Below the pieces are notes generated by a model. The model had not been told where the DNA came from. It worked only from the letters and a program-made list of their open reading frames with translations, and did no database searches. Of a stretch of 64,000 nucleotides of DNA, positions 62,167 through 64,000 are shown in pieces. Origin of the DNA: an uncultured bacterium (lineage in GTDB: Bacteria; Zixibacteria; MSB-5A5; CAIYYT01); assembly GCA_963726455.1 (NCBI GenBank), contig CAVSCK010000004.1, forward strand, positions 1,248,001-1,312,000. Direction: 5' to 3'. A program made the translations under genes and the position numbers. The first letter of the stretch is position 1, and every line of letters begins with the position of its first letter.

Positions 62167-64000
62167 TCAACTGATGCGGACTCTCTGCCTGCCTAGCTCC
62201 GTTCTGACTGCGCGTCCAAGAGCTTCACGCGTATACGGTTTCTTCAGGTATTCGCCGGCGCCAAGCTGCTGCATGGCTGCCACGCGATCGGTCGCCGAGA
62301 AACCGCTGGCAATTATCGCCTTCTGATCGGGATGCCGTTCCAGGATCATCCGGTATGTATCAAGTCCGTCAAAATCTTTTTCCATTATCATGTCAAGAAC
62401 GACGAGATGGACATCACTCTGCCGCAGGTAATTGACCGCTTCGTGGCCGTTTGCGGCGGTGACAACCTCGTAGCCAAGACTTGACAGCATCTCCTGAGCC
62501 ATCTCCAACTGTTCCGATGAATCATCGACCAACAGGACCTTTTCGCGACCGCGAATTTCCGTACGAGTCTCTGTGTCTGCCGACTCTGAAATCCTGGTAA
62601 CGGGAAAATAAAGGTAGAATTCAGAGCCCTGTCCCTCACTGGAAATGACGTCATAATATCCCTTGTGGTCTTTTACGACACCATACACAACTGACAATCC
62701 GAGTCCTGAACCGCTGCGGCCGATTTTCTTTTTCGAGAAATACGGTTCGAAAATTTTGTCAATATCGTCGGCAGAAATTCCCACGCCGGTATCTTGAACC
62801 TTGACCATGATATAGTTGCCGTGTCTGATGTTGTCAAAACCGCGTGGCAAACGCTCAAGGGTTTGTTCAGCCGTTTCGAGGACAATCGTCCCCTGCTCTC
62901 CCACGGCGTCGAATGCGTTGACCACCAGGTTCATAATCACCTTCCCGAGGTGGGCCGGCGATCCGAGAATCGGTGCAATTCCGCGGTTGAGATGATGCCG
63001 GACAACAACACCGGGATGGTTTTCCGTAAGCTTCTGGAAACCCGGAGAGTCGAGATAGGTGTCGATGACCTCATTCATATCTGTGGGCGCCATCTCGTAA
63101 CGCCCTCGCCGCGCCAGCGTCAGCAGATCCTGAATTACATCGGCGGCCTCTTGCGCGGCATTGCCGATACGCATGACCTGTTTGCGGATTGGGCTGTCAT
63201 CGGGAAGCCGCGACAGAATCAATTCCGGATACCCGACCAGGGGCCCGAGCGTATTGTTCAAATCGTGCGCTACGCCACCCGCCAGCAGTCCGAGCGCTTC
63301 CATTCTTTGAGCGCGTTCCAGGCGCTCCTGGAGCTCGATATTCTTCCGCTCGGCTTCTTTGCGCTGCGTGACATCCCTTAGAATGCACTGCGTGATCCGT
63401 CGCCCGCGCATTTCCGAGCCGCTGATGCTGACCTCGGCAATGATCTCCTTGCCGTCACGGCGCCGTAAGGACAGTTCGCCGGGATTCCGTGCGCCCACCC
63501 TGGACTCATCGAAGATCGCCAATTCCTGTTCCATCGTCGTGTTCCGTGGAACGAGAACCGCCTCCAGCTTTTGATTTATGATTTCCGTCGCTTTCAGGCC
63601 GAGCAATTCCTCCACCTTGCGGTTGACAAGGAAAATGCGCCGGGTGTCGTTCGAAATTACAAAGACAGCGTCGTTTGAAGTATCAATCAATATGCGATAC
63701 GTTTCTTCCGAATCGCGTAACGCCTTTTCCGACCGTTGAATCATCCTGATTGGCAGTACACGCAACACCAGAAATACTCCCGATCCCGCGGCAGTCATCA
63801 ATACGAGTAACCAAACACTCTTGGCCACCAGCGGCCGTACCGAGCGTGAGATTTCGATTCGTCCGACAGGTGTTCCCGAATCATAAAGCTCCAGCGACCG
63901 ACTCATGGTCGGAGCATCCAGTTTGTCGACACTCTCAACAATGAGACTGCCCTGCACATCGAACAGACGTCGTGATTCAGGATACTGGGTTCGCGGACGC
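62167..64000 (-). CDS. Hybrid histidine kinase (TM-PAS-HisKA-HATPase-REC), probably 5'-truncated by the window edge
   Basis: GGVAHDLNN; NAFDA; GSGLGL; LDMIM; KPY. Confidence 0.92.
   Translation of the reverse strand, partial: RPRTQYPESRRLFDVQGSLIVESVDKLDAPTMSRSLELYDSGTPVGRIEISRSVRPLVAKSVWLLVLMTAAGSGVFLVLRVLPIRMIQRSEKALRDSEETYRILIDTSNDAVFVISNDTRRIFLVNRKVEELLGLKATEIINQKLEAVLVPRNTTMEQELAIFDESRVGARNPGELSLRRRDGKEIIAEVSISGSEMRGRRITQCILRDVTQRKEAERKNIELQERLERAQRMEALGLLAGGVAHDLNNTLGPLVGYPELILSRLPDDSPIRKQVMRIGNAAQEAADVIQDLLTLARRGRYEMAPTDMNEVIDTYLDSPGFQKLTENHPGVVVRHHLNRGIAPILGSPAHLGKVIMNLVVNAFDAVGEQGTIVLETAEQTLERLPRGFDNIRHGNYIMVKVQDTGVGISADDIDKIFEPYFSKKKIGRSGSGLGLSVVYGVVKDHKGYYDVISSEGQGSEFYLYFPVTRISESADTETRTEIRGREKVLLVDDSSEQLEMAQEMLSSLGYEVVTAANGHEAVNYLRQSDVHLVVLDMIMEKDFDGLDTYRMILERHPDQKAIIASGFSATDRVAAMQQLGAGEYLKKPYTREALGRAVRTELGRQRVRIS

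Overview
Bacterial chromosome window, moderately GC-rich by eye. The gene content (ACIII-caa3 cluster, several Ser/Thr kinases, many secreted unknowns) resembles FCB-related lineages such as Zixibacteria; this is an inference only. Layout: (1) 1-8.3 kb, 3' end of an alternative complex III operon joined to an A2-type caa3 oxidase cluster with SCO/CtaA assembly genes; (2) 8.5-12.5 kb, a heterodimeric ABC exporter behind an unannotated 30-aa leader peptide and terminator, i.e. an attenuator; (3) three tandem paralogous secreted proteins; (4) the tmRNA gene ssrA at 16149-16514, followed by an accessory island with no integrase in the window. The island is punctuated by four further, progressively decayed tmRNA-derived copies. 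One is a 319-bp near-identical direct repeat enclosing a KOW-TIR / DUF3800-like / K+-channel-pore cassette, and one is a 144-nt mini-tmRNA reduced to the tRNA-like domain; (5) kinases, an RND efflux operon, assorted enzymes, a heme-c chemoreceptor, CstA and two hybrid PAS histidine kinases. About eight genes carry isolated frameshifts, most likely sequencing errors.
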